Below, in pieces: positions 11,420 to 21,442 of a DNA stretch of 21,442 nt. The position numbers and the translations under genes were made by a program. Origin of the DNA: Tubiluchus corallicola. Its lineage: Eukaryota; Animalia; Priapulida. The notes under the pieces are model-generated. The model searched no databases. It saw only the letters and a program-made list of their open reading frames with translations, and was not told the origin of the DNA. The stretch covers positions 1-21,442 of the forward strand of contig JAQGDQ010001908.1 of assembly GCA_030141605.1 (NCBI GenBank). The letters run 5' to 3'. Every line of letters begins with the position of its first letter. Positions within the stretch are counted from its first letter, which is position 1.

Positions 11420-12478
11420 AAAATCACGTGGCACCCTGCAATTCAACGCATCAGAATGCTGAGTTGTTACGGTTCTTATTACAGTAGCCACTTCGATATG
11501 CTAATTTGTTTCGATTGGTAATTTACCAACGGCTATGAGCGAACTGTCAACTGCTGTTATTACTCGGCTGCATTTTATCCCTTGCAGAGCGGAGATTTGT
11601 ACGATATAAAACGCAGCAGTCAATCAAAGGGCTCACCGAAATTATAATTATGGTTAAGCAAACAAGAACACGAATCGTTAAAGGACAAGAAAAGGGGTAC
11701 TTGAAATAGGTTTCATAAAAATCACCTTAAAATGTATTATTTTATAGCAATTTTATGCGTATATCGTACTCGCATTGAAAGGAATTTTTATTTGTTTTCG
11801 TTTTAGATCTCCCACAATAGTGTGACGAAGTCGCCATTACATGACGTCACTAAAACACGTAAATCAGGAGAAGAAAAGGCAATGTTAAATAATGTCCCAA
11901 ACAACTTTCCGCACAAAGTTATATTATTTAGCATTTCACTTACCTGCTGGAAAGATTTATGTAAGTAGAAACCAATTGGTAAAATGTCACTCACTCACCC
12001 TCCAGGGTGCGCCACTCACTCACTAACCAAAAAACGTATTTTTAATCTTATTAACAAGATACACTAATTTAAAATTTTACTTTGTTAGTGACGTCTGCAC
12101 TATGAATGCTCTGGTTATTTTCTCAAACTTTGCTCAGTGTTATTTAAACTTGTTTCAAATGACTTGTGGTCAAAATGGCTGCGTCTAACGGTCATCGCGG
12201 GAGTTTAAATTCACACGTTTTACACAGTGTTAGTGTGTTGCCGCTTGAACTCCTGTATGTAAAAAGGCAGTATGTATTTTTCAAGTTTTATGTTTATGAA
12301 GGGGTTCCTTGTGCTTTAATTTGCCTGCAATGCTTTTTAATACCTTTACGTCATCAAAGCTAAAAACGACGCGCTGTGGGGGAAAACTTTTAAAGTTAAA
12401 GGGGAAGAAAAGGGGAAGGATTTTAAAGTATATCCCAAAAACATCCCTTACAATGTTATATATATTAGTTAGCATTAC

Positions 12479-14211
12479 GCTTATCGGGTTGGGTTGTCTT
12501 ATTGGGTTCGAATCTTCGGCAGCAAATGACAGGATAGATTAAGTTGGTGGCGCAATGGTCTAGGCTGCAATCATTAGCAGGCTCAGTGGTTTGCATTATT
12601 GGGTTCGAATCCTCGGCAGCAAATGACAGGATAGATTAGGTCGGTGGCGCAATGGTCTAGGCTGCAATCACAGGCAGACTCGGTGGTTTGCTTTATCGGG
12701 TTCAAATCCTCAGCAACAAATGACAGGATAGATTAGGTTTGTGGCGCAATGGTCTAGGCTGCAATCACAGGCAGACTCAGTGGTTTGCTTTATCGGGTTG
12801 GAATCCTCGGCAACAAATGACAGGATAGATTAGGTTGGTGGCGCAATGGTCTAGGCTGCAATCACAGGCAGACTCGGTGGTTTGCTTTATCGGGTTGGAA
12901 TCCTCGGCAACAAATGACAGGATAGATTAGGTTGGTGGCGCAATGGTCTAGGCTGCAATCACAGACAGGCTCAGTGGTTTGCTTTATCGGGTTGGAATCC
13001 TCGGCAACAAATGACAGGATAGATTAGGTTGGTGGCGCAATGGTCTAGGCTGCAATCACAGACAGGCTCAGTGGTTTGCATTATTGGGTTCGAATCCTCG
13101 GCAGCAAATGACAGGATAGATTAGGTCGGTGGCGCAATGGTCTAGGCTGCAATCACAGACAGGCTCAGTGGTTTGCTTTATCGGGTTGGAATCCTCGGCA
13201 ACAAATGACAGGATAGATTAGGTTGGTGGCGCAATGGTCTAGGCTGCAATCACAGGCAGACTGGGTGGTTTGCTTTATCGGGTTGGAATCCTCGGCAACA
13301 AATGGCGGGATAGATTAGGTCGGTGGCGCAATGGTCTAGGCTGCAATCACAGGCAGACTCGGTGGTTTGCTTTATCGGGTTCAAATCCTCGGCAACAAAT
13401 GACAGGATAGATTAGGTTGGTGGCGCAATGGTCTAGGCTGCAATCACAGGCAGACTCGGTGGTTTGCATTATTGGGTTCAAATCCTCGGCTTTATTGGGT
13501 TCGAATCCTCGGCAACAAATGACAGGATAGGTTAGGTTGGTGGCGCAATGGTCTAGGCTGCAATCACAGGCAGACTCGGTGGTTTGCTTTATCGGGTTCG
13601 AATCTTCGGCAGCAAATGACAGGATAGCTTAGGTCAGTGGCGCAATGGTCTAGGCTGCAATCATTAGCAGGCTCAGTGGTTTGCTTTATCGGGTTTGAAT
13701 CCTCGACAACAAATGACAGGATAGGTTAGGTTGGTGGCGCAATGGTCTAGGCTGCAATCACAGACAGGCTCAGTGGTTTGCATTATTGGGTTCGAATCCT
13801 CGGCAACAAATGACAGGATAGATTAGGTTGGTGGCGCAATGGTCTAGGCTGCAATCACAGACAGGCTCAGTGGTTTGCATTATTGGGTTCGAATCCTCGG
13901 CAGCAAATGACAGGATAGGTTAGGTCGGTGGCGCAATGGTCTAGGCTGCAATCACAGACAGGCTCAGTGGTTTGCTTTATCGGGTTGGAATCCTCGGCAA
14001 CAAATGACAGGATAGATTAGGTCGGTGGCGCAATGGTCTAGGCTGCAATCACAGGCAGACTCAGTGGTTTGCTTTATCGGGTTGGAATCCTCGGCAACAA
14101 ATGACGGGATAGATTAGGTCGGTGGCGCAATGGTCTAGGCTGCAACCACAAACAGACTCATTGGTTTGCTTTATTGGGTTCAAATCCTCGGCAGCAAATG
14201 ACAGGATAGAT
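12479..14211 (+). repeat. 97-bp tandem array (17 full units) of a tRNA-derived unit with Pol III A and B boxes
   Basis: A box TGGCGCAATGG at 12548, 12645, 12742 ... 14123 (97-nt period, with one 120-nt step from a 23-nt B-box duplication near 13490). B box GGTTCGAATCC or a variant lies 54 nt downstream of each A box. Confidence 0.95.
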
Positions 14212-14682
14212 GATCTATCTGAAACACGTCTTAATTCACTCTTTCATCTATTATTGTGAATAGCTGTATAATGTTTTTCACAACTACAGTGGCTGAAACC
14301 CCGGAGTGAAACGTTTGACTGTCACCAAGCAATGCTCGAGCGATCAGCGAAGCCAATATCTCAAAGACGTTAACATAAATTCTCTCGTAAACTAATAAGA
14401 TGGACAGTAATTATCCCGCGGGAAAGCTTTGCCGCAGACGACGGTGATATAAACCGCTAGGCTGATAATTTATGCTCATCAAAGTATAGGGCAAACCGTT
14501 CGAATGACAGCACAATCAACCTGGGTAAAATGTCATCCGTGATCGGGGAGGAGGGTAAAAAAGAGAACCGTAGCAGCTGCTACAGCTTAAAGAGTTTTAA
14601 AATTGCAAGAAGTAAATTTAGTGGCGAATGACGATTTGTCAGTTTAGGATTATTTTGGAATTGATGCAGTTTTGTAATAAAA

Positions 14683-14721
14683 TTAGGACGTTTCGACTCC
14701 ACTAGTGTGTTTCCCAGCTAA
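14683..14721 (-). ncRNA. Degenerate minimal type-I hammerhead ribozyme-like motif (Penelope-type), probably inactive
   Basis: Minus strand reads TTAG CTGGGAA ACACACTAGTGGAGTC GAAA CGTC CTAA: stem I TTAG/CTAA, core CUG[A]GGA lacking A6, imperfect stem II, then GAAACGUC. The neighbouring duplicate at 14785-14796 retains TTAG-CTGAGGA. Confidence 0.45.
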
Positions 14722-14829
14722 GTAATATCTAAAATTTAATTTATATGTACACACATATACAATCAGAGACACGTATACACGCTGTTCCTCAGCTAAGTAA
14801 TGTCTAAAATGAGGTTTATATGCATATGG

Positions 14830-17257
14830 TTCGTTTATAAGAATAACTGTTGTTTCCTGGGAGACGGGTGGTTGTACTGGGTAGATTTCGTTTATAAGAA
14901 TAACTGTTGTTTCCTGGGAGACGGGTGGTTGCACTGCGTAGATTTCGTTTATAAGAATAACTGTTGTTTCCTGGGAGACGGGTGGTTGCACTGCGTAGAT
15001 TTCGTTTATAAGAATAACTGTTGTTTCCTGGGAGACGGGCGGTTGTACTGCATAGATTTCGTTTATAAGAATAACTGTTGTTTCCTGGGAGACAGGCGGT
15101 TGTACTGCGTAGATTTCGTTCATAAGAATAACTGTTGTTTCCTGGGAGGCGGTTGGTTGCACTGCATAGATTTCGTTTATAAGAATAACTGTTGTTTCCT
15201 GGGAGACGGGCTGTTGTACTGCGTAGATTTCGCTTATAAGAATAACTTTTTTTCCTGGGAGACGGGCGGTTGCACTGCGTAGATTTCGTTTATAAGAATA
15301 ACTGTTGTTTCCTGGGAGACGGGTGGTTGTACTGCGTAGATTTCGTTTATAAGAATAACTGTTGTTTCCTGGGAGACGGGCGGTTGTACTGCATAGATTT
15401 CGTTTATAAGAATAACTGTTGTTTCCTGGGAGACGGGCTGTTGTACTGCATTGCGGTTGTACTGCGCAGATTTCGTTTATAAGAATAACTGTTGTTTCCT
15501 GGGAGACGGGTCGTTGTACTGCATAGATTTCGTTTATGAGAATAACTGTTGTTTCCTGGGAGATGGGTGGTTGTACTGTGTAGATTTCGTTTATAAGAAT
15601 AACTGTTGTTTTCTGGGAGACAGGCGGTTGTACTGCGCAGATTTCGTTTATAAGAATAACTGTTGTTTCCTGGGAGACAGGTGGTTGTACTGCGTAGATT
15701 TCGTTTATAAGAATAACTGTTGTTTCCTGGGAGACGGGTGGTTGTACTGTGTAGATTTCGTTTATAAGAATAACTGTTGTTTTCTGGGAGACGGGCGGTT
15801 GTACTGCGTAGATTTCGTTTATAAGAATAACTGTTGTTTCCTGGGAGACAGGTGGTTGTACTGCGTAGATTTCGTTTATAAGAATAACTGTTGTTTCCTG
15901 GGAGACGGGTGGTTGTACTGCATAGATTTCGTTTATAAGAATAACTGTTGTTTCCTGGGAGACGGGTGGTTGTACTGCGTAGATTTCGTTTATAAGAATA
16001 ACTGTTGTTTCCTGGGAGACGGGTGGTTGTACTGCGCAGATTTCGTTTGTAAGAATAACTGTTGTTTCCTGGGAGGCGGGTGGTTGTACTGCGTAGATTT
16101 CGTTTGTAAGAATAACTGTTGTTTCCTGGGAGGCGGGTGGTTGTACTGCGTAGATTTCGTTTATAAGAATAACTGTTGTTTCCTGGCAGACGGGTGGTTG
16201 TACAGTGTAGATTTCGTTCATAAGAATAACTGTTGTTTCCTGCGAGACGGGTGGTTGTACTGCATAGATTTCGTTTATAAGAATAACTGTTGTTTCCTGG
16301 GAGACGGGTGGTTGTACTGCGTAGATTTCGTTTATAAGAATAACTGTTGTTTCCTGCGAGACGGGTGGTTGTACTGCATAGATTTCGTTTATAAGAATAA
16401 CTGTTGTTTCCTGGGAGACGGGTGGTTGTACTGCGTAGATTTCGTTTATAAGAATAACTGTTGTTTCCTGCGAGACGGGTGGTTGTACTGCATAGATTTC
16501 GTTTATAAGAATAACTGTTGTTTCCTGGGAGACGGGTGGTTGTACTGCGTAAATTTCGTTTATAAGAATAACTGTTGTTTCCTGGGAGGCGGGTGGTTGT
16601 ACTGCGTAGATTTCGTTTGTAAGAATAACTGTTGTTTCCTGGGAGGCGGGTGGTTGTACTGCGTAGATTTCGTTTATAAGAATAACTGTTGTTTCCTGGG
16701 AGACGGGTGGTTGTACTGCGCAGATTTCGTTTGTAAGAATAACTGTTGTTTCCTGGGAGACGGGTGGTTGTACTGCGCAGATTTCGTTTATAAGAATAAC
16801 TGTTGTTTCCTGGGAGACGGGTGGTTGTACTGTGTAGATTTCGTTTATAAGAATAACTGTTGTTTCCTGGGAGACGGGTGGTTGTACTGCGTAGATTTCG
16901 TTTGTAAGAATAACTGTTGTTTCCTGGGAGGCGGGTGGTTGTACTGCGTAGATTTCGTTTATAAGAATAACTGTTGTTTCCTGGGAGACGGGTGGTTGTA
17001 CTGCGCAGATTTCGTTTGTAAGAATAACTGTTGTTTCCTGGGAGACGGGTGGTTGTACTGCGCAGATTTCGTTTATAAGAATAACTGTTGTTTCCTGGGA
17101 GACGGGTGGTTGTACTGTGTAGATTTCGTTTATAAGAATAACTGTTGTTTCCTGGGAGACGGGTGGTTGTACTGCGTAGATTTCGTTTATAAGAATAACT
17201 GTTGTTTCCTGGGAGACGGGTGGTTGTACTGCGCAGATTTCGTTTGTAAGAATAACT
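14830..17257. repeat. 57-bp minisatellite, ~42 copies
   Basis: Consensus TTCGTTTATAAGAATAACTGTTGTTTCCTGGGAGACGGGTGGTTGTACTGCGTAGAT; 19-codon period in the ORF track; register breaks near 15248 and 15450. Confidence 0.98.
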
Positions 17258-18485
17258 TTTTCTGTTAGAAACTCGTCTCAATGCAAGCAATTAGCCCATT
17301 CCTGCTGTCCAGGCACTGCTGATTTTTTTCTACTTCTGGGGCTTTTCACAATGGGAGATACCGCTTACAAGTATTATACTCCTGGTTGGTCACTCAAGTC
17401 CAGGGCCTGTGCGGTGCTAAAGACTTAGTCGTCCATTTTACAATTATTTACAATTATTACATTCTTTTTAAGACAAGGTTAGACTATTAAATATATTAAT
17501 ATTTTCATGTGAACTGATGCCGTTAAGCAACATTTTTACTATTTTGGATTTCGAGTCTTTTAATTGGAAAAGAGTTTCCATTTATTGACTTCTTATACAG
17601 TTTTTTGTTCATGTATATAATCTAGTATATTACTGCTGCTACATGAGCTATCTTAAATTTTACATAGATAAATGATATAATAGAACAATGAAACAGGGCC
17701 GCTTGTGTATTAAAAACTGCATATCTGCGCGTGACCTAATACATTCGAACAGGACTTACTTCGACGAAGGTTTCTCGCTTTGCACTCGGTAAGTATACAT
17801 TGAACTGTAGGCTTGTAAAACTCGCGTGTGCAAAACGCGCCTATCTATCTCGTCGGGACACTAAAGCGCATTCTAAAGTTTCGCGCATCTTTGCTGTCTC
17901 AAATCTTCTACAAGGTGCAGCGCGGAATCGATGAGCACGCACCGAAGAAAACCAATCCAAATAGCCATTACTCTTATTTTTCGCTTGATTACGTCACGCC
18001 AGCAATTAGCAGACACGAAACTCTATTGAGCTGCGGTACCAGATCAGGCGGCGCCATTGGACAAAAAAAATCCGAATTGTGTCCTCCTGCACCAGAGCCA
18101 TCTAACGACTTCCCTGAGAATGAGAGAAAATTTTAACATTTAGCAAATTTACGACTATTATTCTTGTATTTTTCGCCTCTCCCACTGTGGGTATTCTGGG
18201 TTTTCTTGATGCGTTTACAGGGACAAAACCTGCCTCGCAGATTGAGTGCGTTGTTTAGACTACACAGAGTACTTGCCAAACACGGTGTATATTCAATTGA
18301 TCTCCTACCTCTTATACACAAAAGCGTATCATGCTCGTATTAATTAATCGTGCTAGCACACACTAAATTGAATTCTGAACAATAACATTACTGCAAAGCA
18401 ATATAGGCCTACTGCATGACAAATGTACAATTTTTGAATGAAGAAAAACTAAGTAACTACCCTCGAATAACTAATACAAGATACT

Positions 18486-18736
18486 GTGTAAAATATGTCT
18501 TTGTAAAATTGTAATGTAAAATTTAATGTACTTTTGTAATATTTTTTGTAATATGGTGTTTGTAAATATGTTCATTGATTGTACATAATTAGGCCTTAGT
18601 TTTGCACTTTAGTTTTTTTTAGTCAGCACTGGACGCATTTGTCTTGAACAGTGTGGTTATTGGCTTACTCAATTTTACTATAATGAGTGAACCATTTTAA
18701 AGACAAATAAAGAATTAATATATATATATATAATTA

Positions 18737-18771
<35 letters not shown>
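18486..18771 (+). mobile_element. Dispersed repeat copy B; probable 5'-truncated LINE 3' end with (TA)n tail
   Basis: Homologous to 8412-8647; AATAAA near 18706, followed by (TA)n 18718-18771. Confidence 0.7.
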
Positions 18772-18772
<1 letters not shown>

Positions 18773-18990
18773 GCGTAAGTAAAATCAACTAAAATAATAC
18801 TAAATCAGTTTAAAAGCTGTCAAAAGACTATACATTATTACTATACTATATTATTATATTCAAAATACTAACTATATAAACAGAGTGTTTACAAAAGGTA
18901 GCAAAAACAAAACACATTATAGAGTGTCTCAAAAGCCACTCTATACCTTGATTTCTAATTTTGTATTTTAATTTTTTGCCAACCTCAGTA

Positions 18991-19079
18991 ATCATCATCA
19001 TCATCATCATCATCGTCGTCGTCATCGTCATCGTCATCATCATCATCATCATCGTCATCATCATTATCATCATCATCAT
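18991..19079. repeat. (ATC/GTC)n microsatellite
   Basis: ATC run interrupted by GTC. Confidence 0.95.
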
Positions 19080-19335
19080 AGGCCCGTTACGTCAATTGTA
19101 GACATTGGGCAGGCAAAATTCTAAAAAAGAAGAAATTCGCCTTCAAGACAGGTAAACGCAGCAGTAATCCAGCAAAAAACTAGACACTGCTATGCCAGTT
19201 GCTTGGTCAGCACCACTTCCGTTGCAACCTCAGTAAGCTCTTATGTGGATCTTTAGGGGTCTTTGACAATTCTTATTTTTGACTGGAACCCCTTTGCCAT
19301 GATCGCCTACATATTCGCCTGCATTATTGATATCC

Positions 19336-19824
19336 GTTCATGATTTAACATAGGCATTAACATAGTTCATGATTTAACATAGGCATTAACATAGTTCATG
19401 ATTTAACATAGGCATTAACATAGTTCATGATTTAACATAGGCATTAACATAGTTCATGATTTAACATAGGCATTAACATAGTTCATGATTTAACATAGGC
19501 ATTAACATAGTTCATGATTTAACATAGGCATTAACATAGTTCATGATTTAACATAGGCATTAACATAGTTCATGAGTTAACATAGGCATTAACATAGTTC
19601 ATGATTTAACATAGGCATTAACATAGTTCATGATTTAACATAGGCATTAACATAGTTCATGATTTAACATAGGCATTAACATAGTTCATGATTTAACATA
19701 GGCATTAACATAGTTCATGATTTAACATAGGCATTAACATAGTTCATGATTTAACATAGGCATTAACATAGTTCATGATTTAACATAGGCATTAACATAG
19801 TTCATGATTTAACATAGGCATTAA
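19336..19824. repeat. 29-bp minisatellite, ~17 near-identical copies
   Basis: GTTCATGATTTAACATAGGCATTAACATA repeated; only one substitution seen (CATGAGTTAA near 19576). Confidence 0.98.
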
Positions 19825-20794
19825 ATTCAGGTAACACAGGTGGTTTCTATTAAAATTTAGAGAGATTTTCTGTCAGTTCAGGGAGCTTCTTGATACCCAG
19901 TGGGTTTATAGAAGGCAAGTTAAATAATAGCATGAGGTGGTATTTGCATATGTACATCACGAAAGTGTGACTTGTGCATGTTGCGAAGAGGATGCTATTT
20001 TTAGCATTTGCTTGTCGATATTCTCATTCATAAAAGTTCTTGCAATAACAAGAACTGAATCAAATTACTGTGTGCTTTTGTCAACTATGTTCTCTCGCAC
20101 TTAAACTTGAGCATGTTCTTTGTCATCTGCTATTCATATGCTCATGATGTGCCAACAGGTCTATGTTGTCTTAGCATTTTTTTCAATTCTAATCATAACA
20201 CACAGCGAATTTAATGCAATATGACGAAGTCAGCGTGTTTCTCTGTTTACTGACAGAGACGCAGCTGATTGTGACGTTTTTGTTGTCTGCGCATGCGTCG
20301 TAAATTATCTCAACATCGGTGTGAATGCGTTAATTAAAAGATGAAGTTAATGGGACAGTAGGAGAGCTACTGTAGAGTGAGATTGGATGCTCTATGGGCG
20401 GTCGGAATTATTATTAATTCGTTTCTCTGAAGCTGTCTTATGAATAAGGCGTAATTTGACATGTAAGCTAAGCTTTTGACAAACGGACACACGTAAGATA
20501 ATGTAACTTACGTAATAAGGTTCCAGTATTAATGGCTACATTAACACCTTCGCAGTGTTTTCATACTTGCTGCTTCTGTAGTTCATTATTCTGTATCAGG
20601 GTCCCGAAGAGGACGTAGGACTGCCAGGGCAAGGAGCATTTTGGGTCCCGTTCGAAGACCCTACTCACAGAAACAACGACACAAATGAAAAATCTTCTTT
20701 ATCATTGATACGTATAGTAACATTATTTAACAATGGTAGTTCTTGAAGTTTGCATTTTTTACTGTAATGTGTGATGTTACACATGCCACATGTA

Positions 20795-21345
20795 TAGGTT
20801 TTACATGTCAAATGTAGACCTGCGTTAACTCAAATGTGGATTTAGGTAATTCAAATGTGTCTTGGTAACTCAAATGTAGACTTAGGTAGTTTAAATGTGT
20901 TAACAATGGTTTTCAACAAATCTTAAGCGTTTTTGGTAAGTCAAATGTAGACACATGTCAAGTCAAATGTGACATTGGTATCTCAAATGTGGATAGGTGG
21001 TAAAGTTTAAGGATGTTAAATTTAATCTTCTTTAATTTCAATTTAATAATTGCTGCTAAGTTAAAATGACAACGTTATAGGCGTACTAATAGATGCACTA
21101 TCTTTGGTTTATCTTTTTCTAATTTGCACTTAAATTAAGTTAAATAACTTAATTACCGATTTATTCAAAGTAATGCATCTACATTTGACTTACCTAAGTC
21201 ACATTTGAGTTACAAAAACACATTCGAAATTCCTATGTCTACATTTGACTTACCTAAGTCACATTTGAACTTTCCTGTGCCTACATTTGACTTACCTAAG
21301 TCACATTTGAACTTTCCTGTGTCTACATTTGACGTGTAAAACCTA
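20795..21345. mobile_element. MITE / non-autonomous DNA transposon with TA TSD (Tc1/mariner-like), long copy
   Basis: Same 25-bp TIRs and TA flanks (20793-20794, 21346-21347) as 5820-6127, plus a ~200-bp AT-rich centre and a 41-bp subterminal duplication. Confidence 0.9.
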
Positions 21346-21442
21346 TACAACGCTCGAGTCCCTCTCCTTAAAGCTCCTGGTTTCCGGATCAGCGTCCCAA
21401 CAGCACACTTTTCTCATAGGCCCTGTTCAGCCATCGTCACTG

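Noticed and set aside
10613-11521. Mucin/antifreeze-like Thr-Ala ORFs and Val/Ala/Cys-rich antisense ORFs
   Set aside because: Translations of a degenerate triplet repeat, open in many frames on both strands, with an internal stop near 11214 and no signal peptide or unique domain.
11588-11970. Two plus-strand exons (acceptors at 11587 and 11806, donor at 11697)
   Set aside because: The donor GTACTT is weak and the translations are unrecognisable; unsupported without RNA data.
11428-12015. GTGGCACCCTG and CAGGGTGCGCCAC as a TIR pair
   Set aside because: They face outward rather than inward, and no TSD or partner ends were found.
12541-14211. Functional tRNA gene cluster
   Set aside because: No acceptor-stem pairing, mismatched T stem, no clear 7-nt anticodon loop, and no terminators.
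14286-14322. Second hammerhead-like motif (ACAGT-GG-CTGAAAC...GAAACGTT-TG-ACTGT)
   Set aside because: Core reads CUGAAAC instead of CUGANGA and stem II is poor; too degenerate to call.
14683-17290. 512-, 605- and 628-aa ORFs as genes
   Set aside because: They overlap on both strands, consist of the 57-bp satellite, and are broken by frameshifts.
17828-18136. GC-richer ORF or promoter (CRE-like TTACGTCA, GCCATTGG), plus YY1-like CAAAATGGCTGC near 12171
   Set aside because: Short motifs expected by chance or within decayed TEs; no associated gene is visible.

Overview
Repeat-dense, apparently non-coding eukaryotic (animal, probably invertebrate) genomic DNA. I cannot support any protein-coding gene, and all long ORFs in the track are by-products of tandem repeats. 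About 40% of the window is micro- or minisatellite: 50-, 81-, 97-, 57- and 29-bp tandem arrays plus CT/GA, GT, GAT, CAR/CGA, TA and ATC simple repeats. Interspersed elements are (i) a ~525-bp SINE made of a 5S rRNA head, a hairpin-rich body and an RTE-LINE 3' end, (ii) two copies of a TA-flanked foldback-like MITE, (iii) a small TAA-flanked MITE and (iv) two copies of a probable LINE 3' end. The most unusual items are a 17-copy 97-bp tandem array whose unit carries tRNA-type Pol III A and B boxes with no terminator, the 5S/RTE chimeric SINE, and a decayed minimal hammerhead-like motif at 14683-14721 (-). Family assignments rest on recalled motifs, not database searches.
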